NCBI GenBank assembly: GCA_028023455.1
Contig: JAQFVV010000009.1
Coordinates: 16,802,001-16,866,000, forward strand
Direction: 5' to 3'
Length of the DNA: 64,000 nt
Source of the DNA: Epiperipatus broadwayi
Lineage: Eukaryota > Animalia > Onychophora
The notes under the pieces are model-generated. The model searched no databases and was not told the DNA's origin. It saw only the letters and a list, made by a program, of their open reading frames with translations. Below, piece by piece: positions 25,759 through 39,285 of the stretch. A program made the translations under genes and the position numbers. How positions within the stretch are numbered: the stretch's first letter is position 1; each line of letters begins with the position of its first letter.

Positions 25759-27630
25759 TTTATTTGGTAAAGGGTATAGTTTAAACTCTCAATATTTATA
25801 TACTGTAATTTGCTCTATATTTTCTTTTCTTTTATGCATTGCTATTTGGTATAATTTTATAAATTGTTATAAGTTGAATTTATCCAAAAGTTCTCAGAAA
25901 ATTTTTATTTTATCATATTATATTTTAAAAGCATTATATTTAATTCCTCTTTATTTATTTGAGTGTTTATGCTAATGATAAACATAATAGAAGCAGATGT
26001 AAATTTTATTATTTATTTTCATGCCATAATTTATTTTATTAAATTATATTTGGCAATACTCATCAGTTGGTAGTTGTATTATTTAAGAGAATACAGCATT
26101 AGTCTCTCATTTGTTTTGATGCATATTTCTATATTGCCAGTGTTTTCAGAGAGATTATAGTTTTGTCTCTGTCTTATGTCATATTTTTCATGAACTACAT
26201 TATTTTTGTCTCATACTTGAGCATAAAATCTTGTAGTGAAGGTAAATATTATTATTATTATTGTACTTTTAATGGTTCATTTTCATTGTTTATATGTCTA
26301 GAGATAAAGTCCTACCTTATATATTTTCCTCAGATGCAGGTACTTCTTTCTTTGGATTCATACCATCACTTGCTTTTTGCTTTGTCTTATTACCCCAAAT
26401 GCAGATTTATTTATAATGTACTTTTGTATAAAGCCATAGTCTGGCAATTGATATATTTTTAGTGCTGGTGAATGTTATCTTACTTTCAATTACACTCTTG
26501 GTTATTCAGAGTTTAGGTTGTTATTGATTTGATGTGCAGCTCTTGTTTGCTGTGCTTTACCAGTATTTCGGGATGTAAATCCAATAAGCATTTAATTTAC
26601 AAATTTGGCTTCAATAAATGATATGCATTTCCTTTAACAATTATTTCACCACTGGACTGGTGATATTTGAAAGATATTAAATACATTTATAGAGGATAAT
26701 ATAATGGAATGATTGTGCTGTAAAATTAGGAACTTGTTATAATACTATATTACAGAAAGTTTCATTAACCTATGAATAATGATTTTTATTTAGTTTTTAC
26801 TTTAATTTCATTTATTCATTTGTAAACTGTATAGTTATAATTGTCTGTCATAGTGGATTGTATGATAGAATATCTAAATGATTTACTCTGATAATATTCT
26901 AAGATATTAAAGTTTTTTTATGTTATCTTTATTGTCAAAATAAATATTATTTTTATTGCTAATTTTCTTTTTGACTATTTATCATCATTCTCACATATAT
27001 TTTTCAGAAATCTAAATATCACAAAGTTTATTATAAATTTATTCTTAATTGAAGGTATTGAGAGGATATGAGCATTTCTTATTTGATATGAGAGTCACTT
27101 ATTATAATTGCATCTCAGATGTAATGAAAGCATCTAAAAAATAAATTATTTTATGTTCTCATTATTAAAGGAACACTATAATCAATTTCATTTGTTAAAA
27201 GATCACTTATTTCATTTAGAAAATTGTCTCCGAGTCTTTATCATAAATTTGAATGATGGAATGGCTTAATTTAAGTTCAAAAGTAGTTGTATAGGATGTA
27301 TTAGTATGGTATTCTGAGTGGTTATAAAATCCCTTATCCACTCATTTTATATGTATACTTTCTTAGAAAGTTACTTTATTCTAAATTAAGAGTGTATCAT
27401 GTTTATTTTTAATTGTTAAAATTATTATTGTTTTAAGTTGGGGAGATATTATCTTAAGGGTAAAAATATATCTCACTGTTATTACTAGGGTCTCATTCTT
27501 TGTCTAATAATCCTAAATTTAAAGAGAAGAATAAAGCTCACATTAGTCAAACTATTAGTTAAAACAACCCTGAGATATTAATTACAAAAGACTGTTAAAT
27601 AAATTTATTTTATTTTAAAACAAAATTTGT

Positions 27631-27837
27631 ATAAACAGAGCAAAACTCTCCATACAGTATTGCCACCTGTGCTAAACAGAGTAATCAATGGATGCCAGAA
27701 GGCTTGTGCATAAAATCTGGCATCCATTGATTACTCTGTTTAGCACAGGTGGCAATACTGTATGGAGAGTTTTGCTCTGTTTATTAACAATTAATGTGCT
27801 AGTATAGGAAATGTGATCATGTGATGCTTAATGGTTT
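27631..27837. mobile_element. Family A relative with perfect 66-bp foldback and 12-bp TSD
   Basis: Arms aaacagagc...ggatgccag / ctggcatcc...gctctgttt around an 18-nt loop; TSD aacaaaatttgt (27619-27630, 27838-27849). Confidence 0.85.
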
Positions 27838-28289
27838 AACAAAATTTGTTTTAAAAAATATCTCTGTGGTAAAACATAATAAGATATGCTTTTGTTTTTA
27901 TATTAATATTACTGTGGTAAAACATAGTCAGACATGCATTTGTTTTATGAAAACAATTTAATTGTAAATCTGATCATGTTAGTAAGATTCTTGTCATAGT
28001 TGTGAGATGTACTATGATTAAAAGAGATGTTGTAGGTGGAAAATTTTTAATATAACCTAATTCTTTAATGACATATGCTTCTGATAATAAGATCTGCTAT
28101 AATTTATAAGAATATGAGTAAGTTTCCTCCTATTAAATTCTACTAAATATTGCATTTGCTTTAAGAATGCTTCTTCATTGATGTTATTTATCCTTATTAA
28201 TTTTATCATTGTAGCATATGACATTCTGAAACCCTCTGAGCTTAAGCAATATTATGATTTAATCTATCATATATTTATTCTATCATATA

Positions 28290-28500
28290 TTTATTTAGAT
28301 GACTTATTGAGATGGATATCAATTAATTGTCTTTTGTAGGTTGTAAGTTTTTGTTTGCCCAATATGTTGGCTATTCAATCAATGAAGGCTTCTGGTTGAG
28401 CATTCTGGCTATGCATTGCAGCTATCTATCATATCTATCTTTGTTAGATCTTGTGGCCAGCAGGATCTAGATCTTGTGGCCAGCAGGATCATTTGGCTAT
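28290..28500 (-). mobile_element. Possible PLE GIY-YIG remnant plus 23-bp tandem duplication
   Basis: Minus strand QHIGQTK near 28345-28368; gatcttgtggccagcaggatc duplicated at ~28447 and ~28470. Confidence 0.35.
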
Positions 28501-28559
28501 ATAAAGTATTGATGTACAAATTTTATTTCCAGCAAAACTAATTGGTCAATCAAATACAC

Positions 28560-31500
28560 AAACCAACAGAGACCAATCAGTAGGAAATTCTTCAATAGTG
28601 ACAGCTAATAGTAGCCAAGAGTTTATCCACACACACAGATTTTATTTTATACCCTATCTTTTTCAATACTGGTCCACTATCTTTTGATTTGATATTTTAT
28701 GGCACAAATAAAAATAATCTCACCAATACAGTTAATATATGAACAATTTCTCAGTCAGATGACATCTCTAAACACTTCCTTCAATACAACAGATGAATCC
28801 AATCCTAACTCAAATGAGACAATCCATTATGCCCCCTTCTAAAAATACATTTATGCTGATACACATGATAATGATCACATTATATATAATAAAAGCTCAG
28901 CATATATCATGAAAACAATTTATGTTTACCACCTATAATAACTCCCACTCTCCCCCCCCCCAACCCCTAATGAATTGCAGAGACAACCTGAACACTCCAA
29001 AATGACTCAGAAGCATAAAAAATCAAGACTGGCTAAGGATGCTCTGATAATGCCACATATGGTCTCCAGTGAGACCAGCCACACCCTTAATACAAATTCA
29101 ATGCCCTCCTATCTGACTCAAGTAATCAACACATCCACACCTCCTATTAACAACAACCTCAACAAATCTTGTCCCCCAATATGTAATAAACTCACCTACA
29201 AACACTGCCAACTATGTACAACCTCCATCATAGATATGTCAAATTCATATAAGTAAACCACCCTACAAATTTCAATACTTAACTCTCTTCCCCTAATGAT
29301 GATTACTATTGGCTATTTTACCCCCCCCCCATTCCTGATAAATGAAACTCAAAATTACTGCACTTAATGTTCTAGGAATCAACCCAGTATCAAAACAAAA
29401 TATGAATAAGTATTATATCTCTTGAGTTCAGATTGCTTGAAATAAAGATATATAAATATTCTCACATTGATGTTGCTGCTTAAACTTAGTAGACAAGGAT
29501 TCTGTGTCTGTTCTATAGAAACATTCTTACTGTTAGTTGGATCTGGTCTTATTATTGTTTGTTTGTGTTTTCTTATTGTTTAAAATTATTTCACCACATT
29601 TCACACTCATACTACAACAGTAAATATTATATTTGTATATATCTTTCTGACTCTACTGTTATTGTAAGGATTATTCTGCCATCAACTCTCTTCTTGCATC
29701 TTCATCTTATTCAACTGTCTTCATGAAAAATTTCAACCTTGATTACCAATCATTTACATCAAAATGGCTTCATTCAATAATTTTTTCTCTTACAAGTGGT
29801 CAAGGCTTTCTGTCTTATAACTCTGTCACATTCTGTAATAAATGTCATACAATATTTGATCTTTGCTTTTAATAACCCATGCTCCATTACCTAATTTAAT
29901 TTAATCTTAATCCCATTATCAATCTCTTATCTTTAACCTTGATAAACTACACACACAACTATTAATCCACACAAAAACATTTGGGTTTGTCTTTGATCAT
30001 CTGCCACAAAGTTTTTATTCTAGAAGACATATATTATGTACAGAAAATGGAATAGAAAGAAATTTGACTCAGTACAAAAGTACCTCACCTTTATTCATAT
30101 AATATCATTCAACATCTCATGCAAAATTCAACTTCCCTTTCCCATCCCTGGCATTTGTCAATGATTTGAATACACATATTCCATTAATCAAATCTACACA
30201 CAGCACCACACATCATCATTTATATGTACTTTCTTAGGCTTATCAAAATACCACCATTCAACTTAAAGAATGTCTTACAAAAGGAAAATTTGTCTTAATC
30301 ATCAACACACAAACCCATGGATATATTCACTTGATTCTGAGTAACCCATTTATACTAAACCTCCCTATAGCACTCCAAATTGATGGTAATATCTATACTG
30401 ATTATAACATGATTAATTCTATATATCAACATTTTAAGCAGAGATTGCAGATGCATAATGCCTTCATACCAACATCAGCATTTTTAAACTGACTGATATA
30501 AAATTCTATTTTAGGCTACTCAATTCATTGATAAGCTTGCCACCATAAACAATTCATGTCATCCAAGTACCAATGGCATCCCTGCTTTTGTTTTTACACA
30601 TCTTAGACACTTTACAGTAACATACCTCTAACAGTGATATTAGCAATTAAGCCAATGCACATGTGCTTTAAAGATAAATTATAAATGAATACTCTCACTT
30701 TTTTCAGCCACAAGATATAGTATTTTAGAAAGAATGGAATGAATCCACCCATTCTTTCAACCCAAACATCTATGTATGGGCAAATCTTAAGTGTATGCAA
30801 ATGAGAGCGTGAAGGTGCATTACTCATTCAAACATTACAAATATAATTTAAAGTGATTGCTTAACACCTTCATGCTCTCATTTCCATATATTTAAGATTT
30901 GCCCATACATAAATTTTTTGGTCAAAAGAATGGGTGGATTCATTCCATTCTTTCTAAAATACTATATCTTGTGGCTGGAAAAAGTGAGATTATTCATTTA
31001 TAATTTATCTTAAAACACATGTGCATTGGCTTAATCGCTAATATCACCATTACAGTAATATACCTCTGTAATATTAAAAATTATCTGTCCCAAAGAATAT
31101 ATATCAACAAAGGTCTATATCCAATTTCAATATCATTATTCAACAAAAAAACAAGCTTAACCTCCACCTTTATCTAATTTCATTGGCACTCGGAATTAAG
31201 ATTCTAGAAAGAGAAGTAGAGGACCATTAAGCCACATATATTCCCTCTAAACTCTAATATGTAGGTTTCAAAAAAGATTATTCTACTATCTATGCTAACC
31301 TTATGTTTAAAGTGATTTTGAACTGAGATCAAGATATAAAATTAGCATTTGATTCTGCCTCTATACCTATTCTACTTAATCTACTAACCTACACTACCAT
31401 TCCAGCTCCCCTGTTATACTTGATTGCTAACTTGCTCTAGAACAGAAAATGCATATTATGCTCAATGGAAAAAGTTTATGACCTTTTACTCTACACAATC

Positions 31501-33100
31501 CATCTCTCAGGGATCATTTCTTAGTGCACTGCTTTTCATATTTTACATAAACCTCTCTTAAAAACACATATGAGATTTTCGGGCATCCAAATTGCACATA
31601 CTCAGCAACTTTTGCCTTATATAGCATACATGGATAATGTTACCATCTTCCTGTCCTTGCACCAAAACCTCCTTACATTGCAAACCATTCTTAATCAGTA
31701 CCCTGCCACCTATCAACTTAGTTTCACCATGAGCAAAACAGCAATATAGTTTATATATATCAACACAATGTGTACTCAGATAGTACAAGGTAAGTCAGCC
31801 TCTTTCTTAGGCTTCCCTTTCTACATGGTTTCACTTGAGGAAAGCCTTGAAAAACAAGCTTGAAAACATTACATGGACATCAATGCAGTCTCCAAAGTTT
31901 ATTTCTCCCTTTATGCAAATCCACCTATTTAATATACTCAGAATGAATAAAAAATATATATTGTGTGCCTATTATCAAATTCTCAAAATTATTTACTTCT
32001 GCCACTTTCCCCCTCTGCAATAAGTTACTATAGGATAGAAAAATGATCACAAATTCAGTTAACAGTCATAGCAATCTACCCTTCAATAATGGCCAGTGAT
32101 TTATTTGTTTTATAATCAAAAAGCCATAAATCCAATTACATAAATTATTCAAAAGTTTCAAGGAATACAATTTCTTCTAGAGATAGGCCTGCTCATAAAC
32201 CATCCATTTCTCCATTTCTCATGAGACTCTACCAGTCCATCCTACAATATCCAACTGTCAACCTTTTCCAATGCAATCAAATACATCTACTAACAAACAT
32301 ATGGCATAATTATATTCAGAAAACAACAATGATTTCCCTTTGCCCATGCTTAGTATCAGTAATAGCAACTGCTCCAATCCTTCAAAAAGTGTTACCTGGA
32401 ACCAAAATTGTCTGATTTCTTAGTTCACCTTAACTTGTGTGCACTATCCAGCTTTTTTCTTCATTATTGCTGATTATAGAAAAATATAAATCTATTATAC
32501 AACTTATGTTATGCCACAGAGAAAACACAAAAATACGTCTTCCAGAAGTGAAGCCCTTAATCAGATTATGTTCATGATGCCAAATACATACAGGTATCCA
32601 ATTACATCCATTAAACAGCTTATTCAATCTTGTCAGACTCACCCTCACCAACAGCTCATTCTATATGCTTTTTATTTTCACTTACTACATCTTTACCATT
32701 GGTAATAATATTAGAAGGCATTCAGCCATAATCATTGACAAACTTCAACAAATTAGGGAACATAATAACAATACTGCACCCCCAGACATCTTTGCTGTCA
32801 CAAGATTGTTATTACAACAATCATTCAGTTTATGAATGGTCACATAGTTACTAATGGCCATATAAAATAAAATCCAATACACTATTCATAAAATATCATT
32901 TCAATTCACTTTTTCTAACTGCCTACAAATTGCATTACCGCTAAACTATAGTATTTACTTCCTCATCATCATATCATCCACCAATCTTTAGTCAAATGTA
33001 GTTCTACTGTCAATTAACTTATTTCTTTTTGCATAACCCATAGTTGGTTTTATACCACATGGATAACCAGTTAGGATTTTATTATACTTCAAGATTAACA
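28560..33100 (+). mobile_element. Decayed L1/Tx1-like LINE, copy 2
   Basis: MKLKITALNVLGI at 29342 (APE start), AFDS ~31344, GSFLSALLFIFYIN ~31511, IAYMDNVTIFLS at 31621. Confidence 0.8.
30630..31049. repeat. Foldback insertion (184/183-bp arms, 47-bp spacer) with 18-bp flanking direct repeat
   Basis: Arms 30634-30817 and 30865-31047, about 90% identical by eye; direct repeat ttacagtaa(c/t)atacctct at 30612-30629 and 31050-31067. Confidence 0.9.
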
Positions 33101-33466
33101 ACTACAAGTACACTAATAAATAATAATTTAATGACTGTAATAACTCTCACTGTAACACTAGATTGTACAATATTAAAACACATATATCTATAATGTTTTG
33201 TTATGTATTGTATTATTTTCTAAAACTTTAATGATAAAAAATTTGGCATTTGTATTGCAAAAAAGTATATCTTCAAAACTGATTGATGTAAGCCTTTGAA
33301 TCAATCCATTAGTAAACTTAATACATGATTGCACTTGTAACACTTGCAATCTAATCATGCAAGACTCTGTAACCTGAAAGTTTAATAAAGACTATTGTTG
33401 AAATCTAATAATAATAATAATAGTGTTAAAGCAATACATAATTTGCTTATATTGAATGTTGTATAT

Positions 33467-33735
33467 GTAAATACAGAAATTTGAACTCAGGATTTTTCAG
33501 TCCATTCATCCTCTAATCTATCTCAAGCAACTGATACACATTACTACATACATGTGAAAAAGATAAATGATTCTTAATATACATATTTCATGCATTGCCA
33601 ATATGCATGTTTCTGCACAAAATATATTGGGAATCATCTATCTTTTTCACATGTGTGGTCATGAGTATTGGTTGTTTGAAGTAGAGTGAAGAATGAATAG
33701 ACTAAAAAACCCTGAATTCAAATCCCTCTATTTAC
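33467..33735. repeat. Degenerate foldback related to family B
   Basis: gtaaatacagaaatttgaactcagg... pairs with ...ccctgaattcaaatccctctatttac; shares gtgtatcagt and aaagataaat(g/a)a motifs with family B. Confidence 0.65.
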
Positions 33736-33762
33736 AAATACTACTACTGCTTAAAATAATAA

Positions 33763-33815
33763 TACTGTATTACTTTGAATATAAGGCACTCCTAAATTTA
33801 AGATGCAGCAAGATT
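33763..33815 (+). mobile_element. Possible pogo/Tigger-type terminal inverted repeat (CpG-decayed)
   Basis: tactgtattactttgaatataaggcac...taagatgca resembles TACCGTA...TAAGxCGCA-type TIRs; partner end not found. Confidence 0.35.
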
Positions 33816-34363
33816 TTAAGCTTTGAAAATAGAAACTAGTATAAGTACAATAAGCTCACCTAATTTGTTGTGAATCTTCTTCAATCATATACTTTCCATT
33901 GTGAATCTTCTTTAGATATACTTTCCATAATCAGATAACAATCTTTAACTTAGCTTAATTAAGCTATTGCTAAGTTTTGAATGGAAAATAAAAATAAAAT
34001 AAAAAATATATTTCAAAAGAAAATGTTAAATATAATTTAATAAAATTTAAATTACTTTAAAAAAACTCTTTTTATGTTATTTTCAAGAGAAAAATCAAAT
34101 GGATTCAAAAACATGTCTCATAAGAAAATATTAAATTAGTAAACTTCTTCAAAATTACCAATTACTGATTTTATTAAAAAATATTTTTTAACTATAAATG
34201 AAAATGCAATGTGCACATAAAGCAAAATACCTTTAACCATGGTTTTAAATTTCTTTGGAGTCCTTCTTTGTATTTATAATTTCCATATTCTTTTCAGGCA
34301 AGTTTTCTTTTTGAAGGCTTTTACACAATGTATATTGTTAATTTGTCCCTTTTTGGCATGCCA

Positions 34364-36077
34364 TATTTTCAGGTTAACAAAACAGAAAGAATTTATTCAC
34401 TTTTTTCCTAATAAAATTTCAAGGTCAAGAATTTATCCATTTTCTTTCCAATAAAATTTCCAGGTGATGTCAGCACACAGAGACTATCATGTTCTTGGTT
34501 GGAGACAAGATTGCAGATTAGTTCAGAGGCAACTTCTTTACATTTTTCCAGTGAAGCAGGTTATGCAAAAGTAGATGATGTCTAACTTTTAGATAAACTT
34601 AGCACATGGTTTTTATTATAGAAAACATTTTCATAACTAAACTCATAGTGTGCTAACACAATACTTAAATCTTCAACAGCATAAGACTTCTTTTTTCTTT
34701 AGCAGCTGTGTCAGGAACTTCTTTTCTCCTGATATTTTCTTCAGTATCTGGATTAAGTCTCTTTCACACAAGACATTTAGGTATTCTGATTTCACTATGC
34801 CCCTTAATTTTGGAATATTCCTTCTCTAATTAATCACAATTCTGTCTCCAACATGACAAAATTTAGTAGTAACAAATTAGGACACATTGCTGCATTATAC
34901 AAATAATTAGTAGCATGTTATTTAAGTTTAAAGTTAATTAACTCAAGGAGAAATAACATTTAGTTTTTTAATGTTTTTAATAATGGATAGTTTATTTAAT
35001 TGTTTTTCCTTCCCAAATGATAATATAAGAAATTCTAAACAATTTACTTTAAATAATTTTCAAACATTTTTTTAAACATAACATGAATATTTAAATAATT
35101 TGTAAATGTTGGTAAAAGAGAGAGAAACCTATAAAATCAGATAGATATTTTTTTGAAAGTGAAAATTATAAAATCAGATAAATAATTTATTTTATTCTTT
35201 CTCTTCAATAATTTTATCTAATTACCAGTTGATTTTAATTTGAAAAAAATGTACTAAGAGAAAAAAACCTTCTTTTCAGTGAAGTATGTAGCAATTTTAA
35301 TTTTAACCTTTTTTGGAGAGATAAAGTTTTTTGTTTAAGAATATTTTGAAAAGAAAAAATCTAAGAGTTTACCATTTTTGTTAAATTTTACTTTAATTAA
35401 TCAGAGTTGTTTTTTCTTTTCTCTTTATCTCTCAATACAACAAGAAGTGTTTAACAAATCAGTGTAATTAACTGATTATCTTGTTTAATTTTTTGCAAAA
35501 AAATGTTTGATTAAAAAGAAATGTCAAAAAATTTGATTCTAATTTAAATTTCTGATTTGTTTTCCAGTGTCAGTATTTCAAGAGGGAAACAGTTTATAAA
35601 AATTGACCTAAGTAGTTATTCTTAAATTTTGTCATATTGAAGACAGAACTGATTGGTCAGAGCAGGTTATTTTAAATTAAGAGGTATTGGTAAATCAGAA
35701 TACCTAAATGTCTTGTGAAAAGCAATCAGTCTTGATCCAGCTGCTAAAGAAGACATCAGGAGAAGTTCTAGACATAGATGCTAAAAAAGAAAGAAGTATT
35801 ATCCAAGCTGTTGAGGTTTTAAGAAAACTGTTGGCATGGCTGAGTTTAGTTACAAAAATATTTTTTACAATAAAAATCATGTGCTCATTTAGCTAAAAGC
35901 TAGACATCATCTACCTTCATGTAACCTGCTTCATAGGAAAAGTGTAAAGCAATTATTCCTGAAGTAATGCAACCTAGTCTTCCATCCATAACATTAAAGT
36001 CTCTATGTGTTAACCTCACTTGGAAATTTTGTTGGAAAAAAATAGAAATTCTTGCTGTGTGTTAACCTGAAAATACT
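34364..36077. repeat. Diverged inverted repeat pair (34364-34860 / 35629-36077)
   Basis: Colinear reverse-complement matches, e.g. aaatcagaatacctaaatgtcttgtg, agacatcatctac, gttaacctgaaaata. Confidence 0.85.
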
Positions 36078-36879
36078 GCATAACAAAAACATATAAATTA
36101 ATCATGTAAAATGTAGAAAAGAAAACATACATAAAAAACCCTGGAAATTATAAATGCAAAGGACTCTAAAAAAATTTGAAACCATTGTTAAAGATATTTT
36201 GCTTTATGCACACATTTTTTTATTTATAGTTAACAAATTTTTTTTATAAAAGTAATAATTGGTAATTTTGAATAATTTTATTAACATTTTTTGTGAAACA
36301 TGTTTTTTAATCCATTTGATTTTTCTCTTCAAAATTATAAAAAATGATTTTTTTTATTTAACATTTTCTTTTGAACATATTTTTTTTATTTGATTTTTTT
36401 TCCAAAACTTAACAAAACATTAATTAAGCTAATTTAAAAATGTTTACCTTTGATTATGAAAAAATTTATTTTCCAACTATTTTAAGAAATAACTCAATGA
36501 AAGCAAATATTAATCAGTTAATTTTTTATGAAATTATATTTTTTTGATAAAATGTATAAATTTGACTTTTCATATTATGTCATTTTTTAAATTTTTGTTT
36601 ATTGTTAATCGGTTAGTTTACTAAATAACTTTTAAAATGTTCTAGTGTGAACATCCTTATGTCTCTTGCTATTTATTTCATAAATTGGCAGTGTATTTGA
36701 TTTGATTTCAATAAAATTTTAAGTTTAAGGGATTATTTTCAAATTATCCCAATAAAGATATTTTAAAATAAATTAGAATAAGCTATAAATATTTATGTAT
36801 CCCTTGCTCACAGTAACTCTTAATAGAATTCTTATTTCCTGGGCTAGTTCAAAGCATAACAATTAGTTATATGAATATA

Positions 36880-37300
36880 GGAATTTATGTTGGTGTTTGG
36901 ACATCCAGATGATAATTCTGGATGGCACAAAGGAATCACTTTTAAAGTGCATGCACTTTATTTTATTATTATTATTAGAAATTAAGTTTACAGTTGCCCA
37001 GTATATTAATAGTACTATGTATCCAGAGCACTGAAGATGATCAGAATGTTTAGTATCTCAGCATTAATGTTTTTTATTATGAGTAATAGATTATCTTTTA
37101 GATATGTGCATCCAAAGTTTTGTGTCATATTTCTGCTCTAAGATTGGAGTGGCTAGACAATTTGCTTGTCTATAGTGGACCCCCCTTCCAATTCCAGTCA
37201 CAAGGCTGCCCTGTTCATTTTTGACTGTTCTTTGTCAATTGTTAAAGATTAATGATTATTATTATTCTGCAATACTGGAGATGTATCTTATGGTTTTGTT
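36880..37300 (-). mobile_element. Decayed Penelope-like RT remnant
   Basis: Minus strand WKGVHYRQANCLA (FxGxxYxQxxGxA-like) followed by a decayed RYIDD-like segment. Confidence 0.45.
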
Positions 37301-38052
37301 TATGCTGACTCTTATAATTATTCTTATTCATTGGATATTCTATATTTATTCTGTATTCATTATATTTAGTTTAGCCTTTCATGCCAACCATTGATGATTG
37401 TGACCATTCTGTGGGAATGATGATGTATTCTCATATTCACCTCAAAATCATCCAACTCCACTCTGTATTTAAAAAAACTAAATGTACATTATTTATGTAC
37501 TGTAGTTTTAAAAAACATTTCTTACAAAATTATATACCATTAAAAAATTAAAAGGATTGTATTATCATTTATACAAATCAAATCATAGAAATTAAATAAT
37601 AAATAATATTGATCTCAAGAATAAAATTTCTTTTATGTTTTAAAAGTCATATTTATCACTTAATGCAAAATAAGAAGAGAAATATATGATAGAACATTTA
37701 AATTATCTTACATCACTCCTTTTAAAATTTGATTGAATTGTGGGACATATTGAATGCTGTAATATACATATGGAACATTAAATAAAGCAAATATTCTTCT
37801 TCCTTAAAGAGCTTCTTTTCACAATTAAAATTTGGAAATTTTTTAATTTACTGAAATTTTCTAACAAATGTAGAATTTTCCCCAATTAATGGACATATAG
37901 ACATTCAATAGTAGTTGCTAAAATGATTAAGCAGATTATAGGCAATCTGAATTAGTCAAACGAGTATTATATAATAACTGTAAAAAAAATATAATTATAA
38001 TTGTAATATAATTCTTTTTTAAAAAAAATAAAAGTAAAGCAGAATTATATAC

Positions 38053-38090
38053 CTGCAGGCACGAAGCTCACTGCTTATTTTTATCTTCAT
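38053..38090 (-). other. Candidate first coding exon MKIKISSELRAC(R/S)
   Basis: aaaATG context and CAG|GTATAT donor, next to a local rise in CpG; no homology recognised. Confidence 0.2.
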
Positions 38091-39180
38091 TTTAATAATT
38101 AAATATTTTCATGATTCGAATTAATTAGATTTGGAAAAATTAAAATCTTCTAAAACAGAGACATATATATATATGACACAATAATTTACAGAATTAAAAG
38201 ATCAAGGAAGGCTAAAATTTCTAAATTAGTATCTCTTTACTTACAACAATTAAAAATTAAAAAATCGAAAAATTGCAATTTTAATGTGGCAACAGACTAA
38301 TGCATATATATATATAAAAACGGATATTATATTTGTAAAGTTTTTACACAGAAATATTTTCTCTTGATTGTTTCATTCTTTGATTAATAATTTAAACGGA
38401 AATATTAGTTTTTAAAAATTACATTTAATTTAAAAGCTATCTAAATTCTATAGATAAATTATCTTCAATTTTTAAATTACTTTTTGTTTTATATGGCTAA
38501 AAACTATCGGTATTTAAATAAAAACTGACAGTATTTATTATTACTACATGTTTTAAACAAATATTTCTGAATCAGCCAGAAAGATTGTACACTTTAGATT
38601 TATATACACCTTTATTCCACTTGGTGAGGGCATTTGGTCCCCCAAAACTATGGGGAAAAAATTGGCTGGTTACTTCAGATAAAAATTATATTATAATCTG
38701 TGAACAAATGACTTAACCTAGTATGTATAGTAATTAAAAAACTCCCTTAATGTTCATTATAAGCATCTATAAATTGTGTTATGTGTATTATGCAAGTACG
38801 CACTTAAAATATGTATGTATATATAATAATGCAACTTAAATCTATGTAAAAACACTTATCTTAAAGTTGATCTTTCAGGTGAACCATTCATTAATCATAA
38901 TTATCTAGTTTCTGAATCATGAATTGCTTATTCTAAGATCTATTGTTGTCTTCTAAATTCTTTGATGATCTTGGTTTTTTTAAAGAATGCACCAGATGAT
39001 GACTGTGAATCTCAAGAGAAAAGATTTAGAATTGATAATTGACACACTTCTTGGGCTTCTTTATCATATAGGATGCTGTAATTTTATGATTCTGAAAAGT
39101 TTTGATACACTTACAATGGTTTAAGCATTTTATTTTATTTTCTCTTTGTTTTTAAAAATAGTGGCGATAGTAAATGTGGA

Positions 39181-39285
39181 TAAACCCATAGAACAGATAT
39201 CATGATTTTCTTCTCTTTCTAGTTGACTTAAGATATCCATTTCTGTTTCCAAGCTCAGAGATACTTGATTTTTTTTCATGGTCAT
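39181..39285 (-). mobile_element. Tigger/pogo transposase N-terminal (CENP-B-type HTH) fragment
   Basis: MTMKKNQVSLSLETEMDILSQLEREENHDICSMGL resembles the xSLETKMEIIxRLExGE...IxxxMGL pattern. Confidence 0.6.

Noticed and set aside
36881-36946. EFMLVFGHPDDNSGWHKGITFK exon-like stretch
   Set aside because: Overlaps the minus-strand Penelope RT remnant and has a weak donor.
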